A DNA stretch of 64,000 bases from Tubiluchus corallicola (Eukaryota > Animalia > Priapulida). Below the pieces are notes generated by a model that worked only from the letters and a program-made list of their open reading frames with translations, was not told the DNA's origin and searched no databases. A program made the position numbers and the translations under genes. Shown piece by piece: positions 28,891 through 46,925 of the stretch (positions are counted from its first letter, which is position 1; every line of letters starts with the position of its first letter). The DNA lies in the NCBI GenBank assembly GCA_030141605.1, contig JAQGDQ010000136.1, forward strand, positions 434,001 through 498,000, read 5' to 3'.

Positions 28891-29005
28891 CCTCCTATTA
28901 AACACGAAGGCTGGCCCCTAGTTGGACAGCTACCCTTGCAAGGAGGGTTTCTCTGAAGGCAAGTAATAATGAAACAACATTATACCATTCATAATATTGA
29001 AAATG

Positions 29006-29080
29006 TAACCTAGCCACAGGGGGGGGGGGCAAGCAAGCCCAACTTAGTGCCGGCCCCAAGCCCAAATAAATAGGGAGGGT
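29006..29080 (+). ncRNA. Twister self-cleaving ribozyme (P1-type with P3), degenerate
   Basis: Elements occur in twister order: U^AA (29006-8); P2 CCUA (29009-12)/UAGG (29071-74); T2 GC (29013-14)/GC (29060-61); P3 CAC..GGGC-AAGCAA-GCCC..GUG; P4 CCGG (29050-53)/CCAA (29062-65, weakened); loop CCCCAAGC (consensus UCCCAAGC); GAGGG (29075-79). P1 is essentially absent. Confidence 0.8.
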
Positions 29081-29473
29081 TAGGGTCAGGAAGAGCATCC
29101 GCCTGTAAAAACTGCGCCAAAACCTTCTATGAATGAGTCGGTGAGACTTAAAGGTAAAGTCCATAAAGATAGTGGTCAGACCGGCTCTATAATATGGGCT
29201 GGAAACAGCTTCTCCAAAGAAGACCGAAGAGAAGAAAATGGGTGTGGTGGAGATGAGGATGTTGAGATGGATGGTTGGAATAACAAGAAGAGATAAAATT
29301 AGAAATAATAATATCAAAGGAACAGTAAAAGTAGTGGAAGCCTCGCAAGATTGCGACGGTACGGACACCTGAAAGGAAGAGTCGGTGAAGACCATGTAGG
29401 AAGGGAAGACATAAATGAAGAGATGGTCAACAACAGCGACCCCGCATAGGGAAAAGCCGGGAGGAAGAAGAAG
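29007..29473 (+). mobile_element. Internally deleted, non-autonomous RTE-clade retrotransposon with TSD
   Basis: TSD AATATTGAAAAT(G/A)T at 28993-29006 and 29474-29487. An RTE-like 5' UTR (GTCAGGAAGAGCATCCGCCTGTAAAA) is fused at ~29140 to ORF C-terminal remnants (LKGKVHK.VVRPAL*YGLET...EMRMLRWMVGITRRDKIRN...RLRRYGHL). It ends CGACCCCGCATAGGGAAAAGCC plus a (GAA)n tail. Confidence 0.88.
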
Positions 29474-32182
29474 AATATTGAAAATATAGGGGTCGTCTAG
29501 TTGTACAGCTGCAATCATAACAGGGTTGCACCAATAAACCGAAAAAGTATTGAACATTGTTTTATGCCTATTTAGCTTAAAGTTGTTTGGCACTTTGATA
29601 AAATCAAGTAGTTTGAGAATGTGGAATTGCGTGCAACCAATATCAGTTAGCACAGAAAGCTTTACAGTCCGTACGCAACACAGGTCTATTAATCATCGCA
29701 TATATGTCACTCTAACTAAGTAAATAACAGGCAGCTGAATGAAAGTTCATGCCAAATACAATTAATCACACAGGCAGGATGATCTGGATTACAATAATGC
29801 AAGGCAAATACAATGTTCTGAAAATAGCCAAGGCAAAACTCACAGTAAATATTGATACCGAAGAAAGCGATTTAGACAGTGAAAGTTCTTAGTGACAAAT
29901 TCAGTTAAGCTGTGTTCATCTAAATTCATCCAATAACCGTAACGGCAACGGGCAAGTACAAACTTTGTGCTGTTTAGTTAAAAAGCTGTTGAGAAAGGAT
30001 AGTATACAATGGCGACAGAAAGTACAAAACTTTTGCACGCGCACATAGATAAAGTTCACTTTAATGTCCTGTAAACCGGCACAGTCAAGAAAAGAGGTTA
30101 ACTTCTGCCCGGCGACTAGTTCTAGCGGCTAGTTATTGCCGTTTCAGCTATCGCCGTCAGTACCAACACACCTTTAGATTTCAACAAATTGTAGAACTAA
30201 TTTTTACAAAAATACAGGCATTGCAGAACTAATTTTACAAAATTACAGACAGAAGAGTGAGGACAGACAACAGTGACGCTATCGTGATCCTCAAAATCTG
30301 CTAAACGTACTCAGCGTGTTTAGTTTAGGGTCTATACTCCTGGGAGAAGAAATCAATACCTACAAACAAGAACACACAAACAGCCAGATAAACAGAGACG
30401 ATTCTAGATTACAGCAACATTTCATTCAGCAATGGAGTTATCAGCAAGCAGTAAAACTAGTGAACCGAAGGCTGTCTGCATCATAAAAATGTAACACAGT
30501 TAAAGCAGGAGGGTAAAGCCCGGGACTGAATTAAAACTCCTTGCCAAATACTGCCAACGGGCTCAGCAAATGCTCTGAATAAAATTTATTCAGACAAGCT
30601 GTTAAATAGTAGAACAAGGTACTGTCTTAGAAACTGAAAGGCTCCACTTAACTTCAGTTTTATATAATCACTCGTTTTACTGATTATATGATCTAGAACA
30701 CGGTCACCCTATGTCAACAAACTGCTTGTGTAACGCATCCTTATCAGTCTTAACCAGTTACAGTTATAGCTAATCCATTAACACAACAGCTATGATGAAA
30801 ATGGAAAGCAGACAATTTCTTAAAAAGACACTTAATCTTCCGATTAAGTAATTTACAATTTTGAAAATCAATACCTACTAAGAGCGCAAACTCTAAATAA
30901 GCAATCATTCTCAATTTTATATTGCAAATCAAAAACCAACAGAGCCAGAAACCAAACAGGTCAGACAGTGAGGTAAGTTCACATGTCCCGGTAATGAATA
31001 CAATGTGCTTGCTGAACTTCGCTTTACCTTTTAGATAGTCAAAAAATCGTAATTTTTATTCAAAAACCCGTGCACATTATGCTCTATACATTTTCTTTTG
31101 GATCTCAGTTTAAAACCTGTACGAAATGCATAAACCAGCTACTATTTTTCGCAAACCCATTTCGGAGACTTTATTTTGAAATAAAATGATTTATTAAAAA
31201 AATCAATGGAACTCCAACAATTAGTTTTTAACAATAATAAGTTAACAAGCATAAAGTGATGATCATCGAGCCTTGCCATTTTCGTAAAAGCTCAGCATGG
31301 AAGAACTATATGCATGCTTGTATGTTGAATATGAACCATTTTTGGTACTTGGCAAGAAGCTACAAAATAACAAAAGAGAAAGTGCAAAAAATGAAAAATT
31401 AAAAGCCAAATAATATGACAGATAAACCAATAAATGAACTTGTTAATAAGCTACTATGGCATGGAACCTGCTACAACAGCACTAAATATTTACTGATGTT
31501 TCTCTTGCAATTAGTTTTTACAATAATAAGTTCTGGGAAAACAAGTTATAAGTATAAGGAATTTCAGAGAAAATTTCAAAAAGAAATGATACCAAATGGA
31601 TATAGAACTGGATTACACGTGTTCTGAGTTCTGAGTGACATCAGAGATGTCACTTAATCAAATTTTGGACCAATTCATTATTCATTCTGGTTTATTCTGG
31701 AATTCTGGTTCATTCAAGATACGAATAAAGCTTTGCTGCTCGATTCGATTGTCATGCCGTACAACTTATCTAATACCTACGAATTTAAGGAAATAGTTCT
31801 TGAGATCTACTTACTTTAAACGGCGCCATAAAGTAAATCACTTATATCAAGAGCATCTACACCAGCAGAATCACGGTCCGTGTGTCAACACAAAAGCACA
31901 CAAAGTTGATATGGAAGCAGCGTAGCACTTAAGACGCTGGTCAAATCAGGTATGACGGCTCTGAATATAAGCTTATATAAATTCAAACTGCGTGCGAATT
32001 AAATGCCTTGTTTAATTTTACAAGCTATTGGTAACACCAGTGCTACGTGAGCATATAGCATGCAAACATGGTCGTTTACTTAGAATTGTATGTAAAATTG
32101 TACGTATAAAATACGTATATGTTTTAACTAGTTAAATGATCGACATCAGTATCAAACGCAACCCAAAATTTATACTCTAGAG

Positions 32183-32503
32183 CAGTGGTTCCCTAGAAGC
32201 AGGGGTAAATTAACCCCCGGGGGTAATATGTTTTTTTTGGGGGGGGGGGTAACGGGCACCCCTCTGAAAATTTTTAAAACTTCGCTCGGAATGCATTTTA
32301 CGTAGTTCTTCTTGAAGAGACTGCCTACAACAACAACACCTGGAAATTTATTTATGTCACGAGCAAACATAAATAATTTTGCTTGCTCGTGGTATATACG
32401 TGTGTTTACTTTTTGAGTTGGAGAAGTAGTACTAGGTGGGGGTAATGGACACGACCGAGTTTCCCGATTTGGGTAACGGTCCGAGAAAGTTTGGAAACCA
32501 CTG
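32183..32503. mobile_element. hAT (Charlie-type) MITE
   Basis: TIRs CAGTGGTTCCCTA / TTGGAAACCACTG; 8-bp TSD CTCTAGAG / CTCTACAG, a typical nTCTAGAn target. Confidence 0.85.
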
Positions 32504-32541
32504 CTCTACAGAACAAAACTCTAAAATCAAGTCCCCAATAG

Positions 32542-37514
<4,973 letters not shown>

Positions 37515-40056
37515 AGCGGACCTCGCTCGTACTGCGAGAAAATTTCCCACAGAAAACTAACTAAGCCAACTCTGAACTTGATACGTTCACTAAACACTAT
37601 CGATGAAGAAAAAATACTCACGAGTTAACAACTTTGCGGCATGTGAAAGCGAAAACACCGCCCACGCGCCAAAGCCCCACCTAGTGTGAAATATATTAAA
37701 CTTTGTGACTTATGATTCGCGAAGGCCAGTCATTAGCTGTCTGAAACGCAGTTTTACAGTTTTAGAAAGTCACTTAACATTCAAAGTCTGAAAGTGCCAT
37801 GCAATTTCTAATGGCATTACAAAAATATACTCCTTGTGAACATTACATCAAAGGCAAATAAAACACCAAAATCTAAATACAAATATATTTTATTGAATTA
37901 AAAATACAAATACTTTTTATTAAATTAAATGTAATGAAAGAATATTATAAATTATTTTACATACAAATCATAAAATACAACCTAATTTTCTTTACACACA
38001 CTTGCACTTTTGCATACACATTACACCAATAGCAAAGACTGCAAAGGAGCATAAGTAAAAAAGCACATTTCACTACCCCGAAAGAAAACTAGTTTCACAA
38101 ATTCAAGCAACTACACCCGATTTCGAAGAAACCAAACTATTCTTGCAAAGGTTTCAAGACTGCCTCAGAAATCCACTTAAAAGCTTCAGATTTCAGTTTC
38201 ACAATTTAATTTAGTAAACGGCCAAACCAGCACTAGATTAAAAAATTCAAGCAAAAAACAATCAGTTTTTTTTAATGTGCAGTAAACCACAATGGTGGTG
38301 GCTTGAAAAAATGAAACTAATTTTGGCTTAATCGAGCATATGTTTTTAAGCTTACTATACTACACAGTTCAAAGCATACTCTGTTATCACTAACCAGAAG
38401 GTTGGAAGAGCTAGTTACTCCCTATGAGCTATCTAAATGAATCATTAAATCTAAATTAAGACTTACATAATTAGCAATAAAATACACAAGAACTCAGCAA
38501 ATTGCAACTAGGAGGTCCATGTTTCAAATCCTGGTTGACAAAAAAATTTCAACACCTTTTTTCCTTACTATAACAACTTACTTTACATTTGAAATAGTTC
38601 ACACTTTGACAGGTAACAGATTAATTAAGAGTCCAGTTGGTCCAGTTAAAAAGATTCGTATAGAAATGTAGATTAATTTTATAGATTAAATGTAGTCACA
38701 GTAATTATCAATAATCTAGTTTAAGCCTGTACTACTAAATAATTACAGCGTACCTTATTCAATTATAAACAGTGACAAGAGCTACAGCAGGTAATGGCTT
38801 TAGTTTCAGATTGCTGAAGGATTCTGTGCATTTTCTTTTTCTAAGCAAGGGCCAAGTATGCAAGATGGTAATTATTACGATAAAGGAAGTACTGCATATT
38901 ACATTACATATATGTAAATATAAAAGATAATCCATATAGGAAGCAATAAATTAAACCATGCAGTATGTAATAGTAGGCAAAATAGAAAATGAGTTATATT
39001 AACTCAACTTATCACAGCAGTTCACAGAGCAAGAATAAAAACAATAATGATAAATACTACACCTGGACACAGTGTAAAGAGCAAAGGTCAACTCAGCAAA
39101 GTAGCACTACAACATGATGATACTAAAAAATAGTGACAACTAAGTTTCTACATCGTTCATTGGGTGTATTGGGGATGCAGAGATGAGACTATTGTCAAAA
39201 AGTTATTGCCAAGCTACATTCAACTAGCTGTTATTTTCTACTCACCTATAATCCAATTAATTTACCGCCACCCAGAATTATCAAATTTATCATTTTGCAA
39301 TAAAAAAATTAGCTAAGATTTTCTAGATATCATTACTTTTTTATATAGAATAGCATGCCGCAAATCATATCCAGTACTAATCTTCACAATGTATTTAATA
39401 TGATGGTTGGAGGTTGAGTATGTGTCTCGAAGATAATCCTCTAAGATGCAATAATGAAATGATGCAGGATAGATCAGTTTACATGGATATTTTGTCACCA
39501 TGACATCGAGAATGACATTCAAGCAGCCTACGTAATATTTCGGAACTTAACCTGCTGTAAACCAGAATCTTTACCAGTTAATGGATGTTAATGACATGAT
39601 TGCCTGGATTAATGATTTCTTGTTAACATTTCTCTATTGGGCTGAAAAAATTATACAACACTGTAAAACACACTTGCTTTGCCTCAGGAAGTTTGAATAT
39701 TTCTACAATCTGTTCGCAAATGGTATAAACTGTTAACTGAATTCATTATTGTTAACAGGCTTGTAAAAGAATTAAGCTAAGTAAAAACATTATTAATTAT
39801 CAGTCTGTACGAGGAAGCCAATCAGCAGCAGCCAAAAGTCTTGGGTTCAATTCCGATCTAGAAACTTAGAAAACCAACCAAATTTTTTCTGTTTTTTTAA
39901 TGATAGTAATTCTTGCAATTAGTAACGACATTAAAATAGGCATACTACATAAGCATTTGTTTTGAGGAAGACTGTTTTGCATATGTCAGTAGCAGATAGC
40001 ATCTCTTGAATGCGGTGCACAACATCTAAACTATAAATGCTAATACAACATTAACA

Positions 40057-43000
40057 TTATACAAGAGTCGTAGGCTCATTTATTGACACGTCCTGTGGTT
40101 TTGCGTACACTTGGCGTAATTCAGCTATTACTCCTTCTAAGTATGGATTCCCGCCAAGACTTTGTATTTCTGCTAGAGCTCTATAAAAACAAACAAAGAA
40201 CTTTAAGAGCATGTTCAGTTAAACACACCAGATCTGGTTTGGAAGTATTCTGATGACAGCCTCTTCTCACATATAACAATGAAAACTAATCTTTACAGTA
40301 AACAAAAGCTGCATATGTGTAGAATTCCTGAATACATTAAATTTCTAACATAACCATCTAAAAAAAAATGTGCCAAAAAGCAACAATAAGTATAACACGG
40401 TTATTATTAGTCAGCAAGAACTACAATTTTGAAGTTTTATACGAAAAAAAATACCTTTATTGACAATAAAACAGAATAGCAAAACTACCCATCTTAGACC
40501 TTTAACTTGCAGTTCTATGAAATATAGAAGCAACTGGGTTATTATGTTGACACTTAGGTCAACCAATTTGCTGTTTATATTGAAATCACAAATAATAACA
40601 AAGCAGTTCACTTACTTATTTTCTAATTGCTCTAAAGTTGTCCTGGTGTATTCAAAAGCATTGAACTTTTCTAGTAGTTGCACACAGTATCGCTTCACTT
40701 CATTATCTTTGGTTCGCTGTCTGAGTACATCTGTTAAACTTGTTAAGGTTGCATTTAACAAACTTAATAAACATTTTAACACTGAGCTGGTTGACAAAGT
40801 CTGTGATATATATGTGCCAACAGTTGAGATACACTGGCTATCCAGAAAAGGTGATTAGAAAACAGGTAAGTATGCAACAGATAGTATGTAAAAAAATTGC
40901 CAACCTGATAAAATAATGAAGAATGATGAAACTAAGCCACATCAAATCCTACAAGTCCTGTTTATTCCGTTTCTCATACAAGCTTAACAGTATTCTGAAA
41001 AAACACTAGCTGACTGTTAAAATTGTATCGAGGGTTAACAATACCCTTACAAGTCTGCTGGTTAAATCAGATATAGCTACTCCAACTTGTGAAAACCAGC
41101 CAGATTTCCTAGAAGTCTGTATTACTAGGAAACCAGAGACATGCAAGATTATTTTGATTTATCGCCTAGAATGCTTTTCATCTCAAAAAGTTATTATGGA
41201 AAAACAAGCAGAACCTTTATTAATAGATTTAAATAACATTAAAAGGCCCATGTTTAAAACGGATGTCAACTATGTCATTGTATGACATTTTTATAATGAT
41301 CACACCCTGATAGTACATTATAAACTCTTCTTAGAAAAATTGTACCAGTAACCATGCTAAATCCCTGCTAGAAGCTCCTACCACTATTAAATAAATTAGA
41401 AAGTGTAAAGACACAGTTGACAGAGACTAGATGGTCGTTGTGAGTTAATTTAGAAGTAATTTGAATTGAAATTAGGTCAACAATTTTAATTTAAGATTGT
41501 GCATATTATAATTTTGGCTTCACATTCTTGAATTGGATATAATGTCGAAATATTGATCAAATAAACAAAAAATACACCAGATCTTACTTCAACAAGCGCA
41601 GTTCACTTACTTATTTACATGGTATAACTATAAGCTACAATGAATTGAAAACTAGCCTATACTGACAATCACCAATTGCGGGGTTGGTCTTACACCATGG
41701 GCACTATACCAGAAAAACACCAGAAGGTACTCAAGTTTATGTTGGTTCAGTGCAAATTTTAGTACAATGGTGCTAGTACTAGTATGCTATGCTTAATGTA
41801 GTGACATCTAATGACAAAAAGTGAAGCATTTAAAGCTGTTATCCCTTAAAGCTGACAATTTTGTACTAAGTTAAAATTTTTGCAAATCAAACAAAATTAA
41901 GAAACAAATTTGGTGCTTAAACTATAACTTACTCAATTTTTGAGCCCATGGGTAAAAATTTTGAACAATAAGAAATTAAGTAATAGAAATCATTTAACAA
42001 GAGATGGTTTAAAAATATGAAGATACACAAACCACAAGCACAAATGATCAATCGTCAAAATTCCTCACAGCAGTGTTACTAATAAAGGATACTCATTATT
42101 TGTGTGTTGTCTTGTTTTGTGTTAATGGCATAAATGAGCGGGAAAGAAAACTTTCCTTCAGTTAAGTCTTCACAGTAGCTCTTGTTATCAGTGTACTAAA
42201 AAAATAAAAAATAAAGTATTGTCAATAATGACAATGCCATGGCAACATTGGGTGGTCAATTTTTGAAAAAGTTTTTATATATGCTCCAATACAACCTCTG
42301 CTAGTTCAGTGAGTTTTTCCAAGAACCAAAGCAACATATGAATCATCTGTTGATTCTAAAACATGGTTAATCCACATCATTCGTGCCACTCATTTCCAAT
42401 ATTTTTTCTGCAAAACTCAAACACTGCACGTAGCAAAAACATTTGATAAATGACTCAATATTTCTTTTATGCAATTTTTCTCATGCATTAGTATTGAAAA
42501 TTGGCAAGTTATTTGAAATTTCGATCTGAAATCACTTCAAATAAAACATTGAAACAAACTTACCAAAAGACAAAAAAGTAGTTTTAATATTTTTGCTTAT
42601 TTAAAGAAGTAACCATCAGAATAATGAAGTCTACAGACAAACATTTACTACAAAAAAGACATATTTAGAGTGAATACTAACACTTGATCAAATTATAAAT
42701 CATTATGACTTACTTCTTGTGAATATAGATTCGCATAATCATCCCTGATTTGAAAGTAGAGACCTAATGTATCCAAAAGTGGCTTAAAATCACTGAAAAG
42801 ATAAATAAGAGATAGTACAGTTATCAGTGATTCAAAAGTCATCAGTCAACAGTGCTTTAAAATTACTGAAATGATCGCATATATGTGTAATCTATTAAAT
42901 ACAAATATTGAGAACCAATAGTGACAAACCTGAAAAATCTGTTAAGACATGAGGCTGGAATCAGAAGCACTACTAGTACTTAATGAGCTGCAACTTAGAA

Positions 43001-46000
43001 TCAAGCTTACATAAATAACAAGGTGTGACTGTTTCAGCACATACCCATGGAAGTAAATAAATGTGCAACAATTTTAAAACAAGGATATATTTCTACGTAA
43101 AAAATTTACAACATCCTCAATGAAGTTATTTTGCTGAATTTTTTTTCACAAACCAACCTTTTCTGGTCATTACTAAACAACTGCATGAGTCTAACTGCCA
43201 ATCCAAACAGACCACCGGTCTTCCTAATAACCATCTCTCGGTATTCTTGTTCTGATGGACAAACATATGCATCGCGCCAGTAAATATCCATTCCCTGACC
43301 CCGATGCAGCTCTAATAATTGTTCTGAAATGACAACCTATTACTTTGAGATAACCTCTCTAATAGTTCGTAGTGTAAATTATTTATGTACAATGCATTCT
43401 GCAGTTTTAAGATTAAAGTACATCACAGTGTATGTGGCAAAGGTAAGAGCTTGTTTACAAACTAGTTGCCTCACATTCCCAGAAATATGTAGTTTGTTAA
43501 CTTTCAAGTATTTCAAGTCAAAAGTAAATGTGCAATGGAATAAACTTTTTTCAAAATAGAGTCTTTTCTGATCATCCCAAGCCCAAAAGAATAAAATAAG
43601 ACTACAAGCTCAAAAACTGTTTAATGCTGTCATTTTGAAATGAAATATTCACTGAAGCAAATCACATAAACAGATTTATTTAAGATTCTGAAACTGTCTA
43701 AAATGTATATATATTTATATACTAACACGTAGTATGAATTTTCTTTAAAGTGTATTTAGATAGATACAGAGATAGACAAATAGATGTAGATAAAATTTCT
43801 TTACTTCCTATATTCTAATGCACACAATTATTATAACAACGGTATCTATCAATATATATCCACAGTAATAATAGAATTCACATCTTGCAAAACATTTTCT
43901 AAGAGCACATTTGACTGAAACTAAAGATATTGCAAGAAACCAATAATCCCACACTCAAAAACAACTTGTAACTGGAACTGAAAAATAATTGGTGAAAAAT
44001 AGGTGGAGTTTTAGAAAAACTACTTGCAGAAAACAACTTTTAACTAAAGCTGAACATGCTAGTTAAGCTGACTCAGATCAAGTAAGTTTTTATTTACCAA
44101 CTACAGTATTTACCTCTTTCCTGAAATGGATTACTACAATCAGAAAAAAGTCTTTACCTGTAAAAATTTTAGTGCAGTCTGGATGGTCAAGCGACATCAC
44201 TTTTTCCAGGCCAAGAAAATAAACGTAATTAGCTGAATTTATTGTACTAGGAACACCATAGATTTTATGTGCTACCGGAATGCCTCGTCGAAGTATGGAA
44301 TTGTCCTCTATATCATCGATTCTATAAACAATAAGTTCTGATGATTTCATTGCACTGTACAACATTACACATTAAAAGATTTACAAATAAAACACCGAAA
44401 TAAAGTATTGATTACAAAGTCAACTTCTGTTGAATATTAAAAATTAAATAAATGTGATAAGTTATTTCCAGAGCCTTCTTCTGAAATTTACCTGCCAATT
44501 ATTTGTGTACTATGTTCTGGTCCTGTGCAGACTCTGCTTTCTTCGCTATGAGCCAAATAGTAGCTTATTAATTAATTAGTTCCTCTTTACTATGGACAAG
44601 TGGCTTTAACTGATTGTAAGCTGCCTATTATGAAAATTCAGACTCGCTTCAGCCAGGTGAGTTAATAGCTCAAATTGACCGACCATGTTAAATGACACCA
44701 CAAAGTTCTGGGTTCGAATCACTGTTGACTTGCAGTTTTTCAAGCCTGCCTTTCTCCAGATTTAACTGCTGGTTATTATATGGTATATATTTCCCATTCA
44801 TTACATGAAAGTCTATTTTTTTCAGTGTTTCAAGAAAACGACATGCAGTGAATGAAATACAACAGCATAATTTGGTAGTCCAGTTTCATGATTCCTGTCA
44901 GAGAAAATCTAGACCTTGTCTAAGGTGCTTCAAAGGGGTCCAACCTGTTGTCTTCACAACATTATTATTTCAGCATAACAAAGCATTTACATGGGATGTC
45001 TGACACATATAGTTCAAAACAATTATAGTCAATGGGTCTAGCCAGTTGATAATAACAAAAACACTAAGAAAGTTTGTAGTAAATATCAATAATTTTCTTC
45101 TACAAACCAAGGTTTTACATATAAATACTATTCTTCAGAGTTCTGAAATTGAAAATATGAAAGTACAATAAAGATAATGAAATTCTATTCTTCCGCATTT
45201 TAGATTTCAGAACCACGAAGAAAGATATTTATATTTGTCAGCATTAAGTGGGATGTTTCTGCATTTCTGGTTATTGGTGGTTTCATCCAATAGCATTTAC
45301 GTCACGTTATACTGACCGGTTTTGCACAGTTACTCGGTAAGACTTTGCACAAATTCTTTTAGTGGTGCCTTGTTTGTCTGTAACTAACACTATACATATG
45401 ACAAACTACTATATCTGACTGTGAAGAAACCTTTGAAAATCTTAAAACTTGACATATGCAACAAAATTTTTACCAAGTTTAATTTAGTATAAACAAAATA
45501 AAAACTAGCCACTGTAATGGCTACTTACTGCAAAAAAAACATAAGGAATTAAACAGATGTTTATTAAACTTCTAAATCCAAATTTTGTAAAATTCCTCCT
45601 TCAACTTAAAAGGTCGAAGTCTTTGTTTTTTTGTCATTAGCCAGTCATAAGACATGCATATCATGAAACACAAAACCAGGTCTGCAACATATTTAACAGG
45701 ATCAATGTCTCTAAAATCTTATTGCACAAGACAATACCATTTCAAGTGACTAGCAAGTAATTATCCTTCCAAAATAATTTAGGTTTTAGCAAATTAAAAT
45801 TGAGAATTTGAATAAATACCTTCGAACTATAGACTTAAAGACCAATTTGCTAAGTTTTTTTAAACAACGAACTAATGGTTCGACTGTGGTTTGTTCACTT
45901 ACAACAGACTAGCATTGTGTAGCATCTGTGTTACTTCTGCAATAGTCTTGAGTTTTTCTTCTGGAATATGTAACCAATAGTTGAATGCCTAAAAATTACA

Positions 46001-46925
46001 AACAATAAAACTGCAACAATGCATTAAGAAGTCAGTAATGCTAGACTAGAAGTGAGATCAGTCCTTTTGTCATACTTTCTCTAGCTCTCAACTTTTCACT
46101 GTAATAATTTTTCCTGATCTAACTATTGAACCTTTTAGTAACTTGATTGTTCTATGATGTACAAAAACAGATAAATAAATAAAAAGATTGAAAAAATTAT
46201 TAGATAATTATGAGTCTGCAAATCTGGACACTTAAAATGCATGTTAAAAAACATGAAAATTCCATTATAGTTACTGACATATGATAGGCAGCCACTGCTA
46301 TTGTTATATGAATGAAGCAAGTCGTAATTTTGTTAATGAAATAATAACAGGAGTAATTATGAGACATTATCTTGAAAATGCCATTTATGGACTCTCATGT
46401 GAGACAAACATGGCTGCCTTCATAACATCATGTAAACTTCGTCTGCCTGCCTGCGTCATGTTCTCATTATCACACAGTTATCTAAGTTTACATGTAACAT
46501 ATAAGTATACTACTTTATAAATCAATATAGTAGAATTTATTAATTTAAAATGTATTCTAATACATATTTTGTATCAAAAATTTTATATTATCTTCGAGAT
46601 AAAAAATGTCTCACACATGCTTTTTGACATATTAATCAGCACTCCAATCCACATTCAAAATGTTATAGCACGTACATAACAGTAGCTCACAAACTTTGGT
46701 ATAAAATTCTTGCACAAATTTTTGTGCACTAGCAACTTAGTTTTTACAAACACAAAAACAAAGCCATACTTGTGAAAGCTTTGTTCGAATGTTTTTTCCT
46801 GGTATCTGGAGAATGTAATTATACGGTTCCATTATAATCAGTTCAACAGAATCCGACTTGCGAGACAAAAATTGTGGCTTGGTATCAGCGGCACAAACGT
46901 CGGCATGCCTTTTATTAGTTGCCAT
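40057..46925 (-). CDS. GGPS1: Geranylgeranyl pyrophosphate synthase, 330 aa, 8 coding exons
   Basis: Exons 46925-46770, 45988-45903, 44321-44158, 43323-43158, 42792-42714, 42195-42093, 40730-40616, 40180-40057; all GT-AG and phase-consistent. Motifs: [26 protein letters not shown] (FARM), [28 protein letters not shown] (SARM), [15 protein letters not shown]. Confidence 0.97.
40731..42092 (-). other. U12-type (minor spliceosome) GT-AG intron in GGPS1
   Basis: 5' splice site GTATCCTTT; branch motif CCTTAAC (40748-40742) ~10 nt before the AG; no polypyrimidine tract. Confidence 0.85.
44650..44730 (+). mobile_element. Degenerate tRNA-SINE head in a GGPS1 intron
   Basis: TAGCTCAAATTG A-box-like motif and GGTTCGAATC B-box (44711-44720). 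Similar decayed B-boxes occur at ~38520 and ~39845. Confidence 0.4.

Noticed and set aside
28898-29653. Longest ORF in the track (251 aa, minus strand)
   Set aside because: It is the antisense reading of the purine-rich RTE remnant, not a gene.
43081-43088. Minus-strand ATATCCTT as an AT-AC U12 donor in GGPS1 intron 4
   Set aside because: An in-frame stop at 43106 precedes it, and the GT donor at 43157 gives the correct protein.
43575-43600. TCCCAAGCCC as a second twister loop
   Set aside because: No P4 or P2 pairing and no downstream GAGGG.
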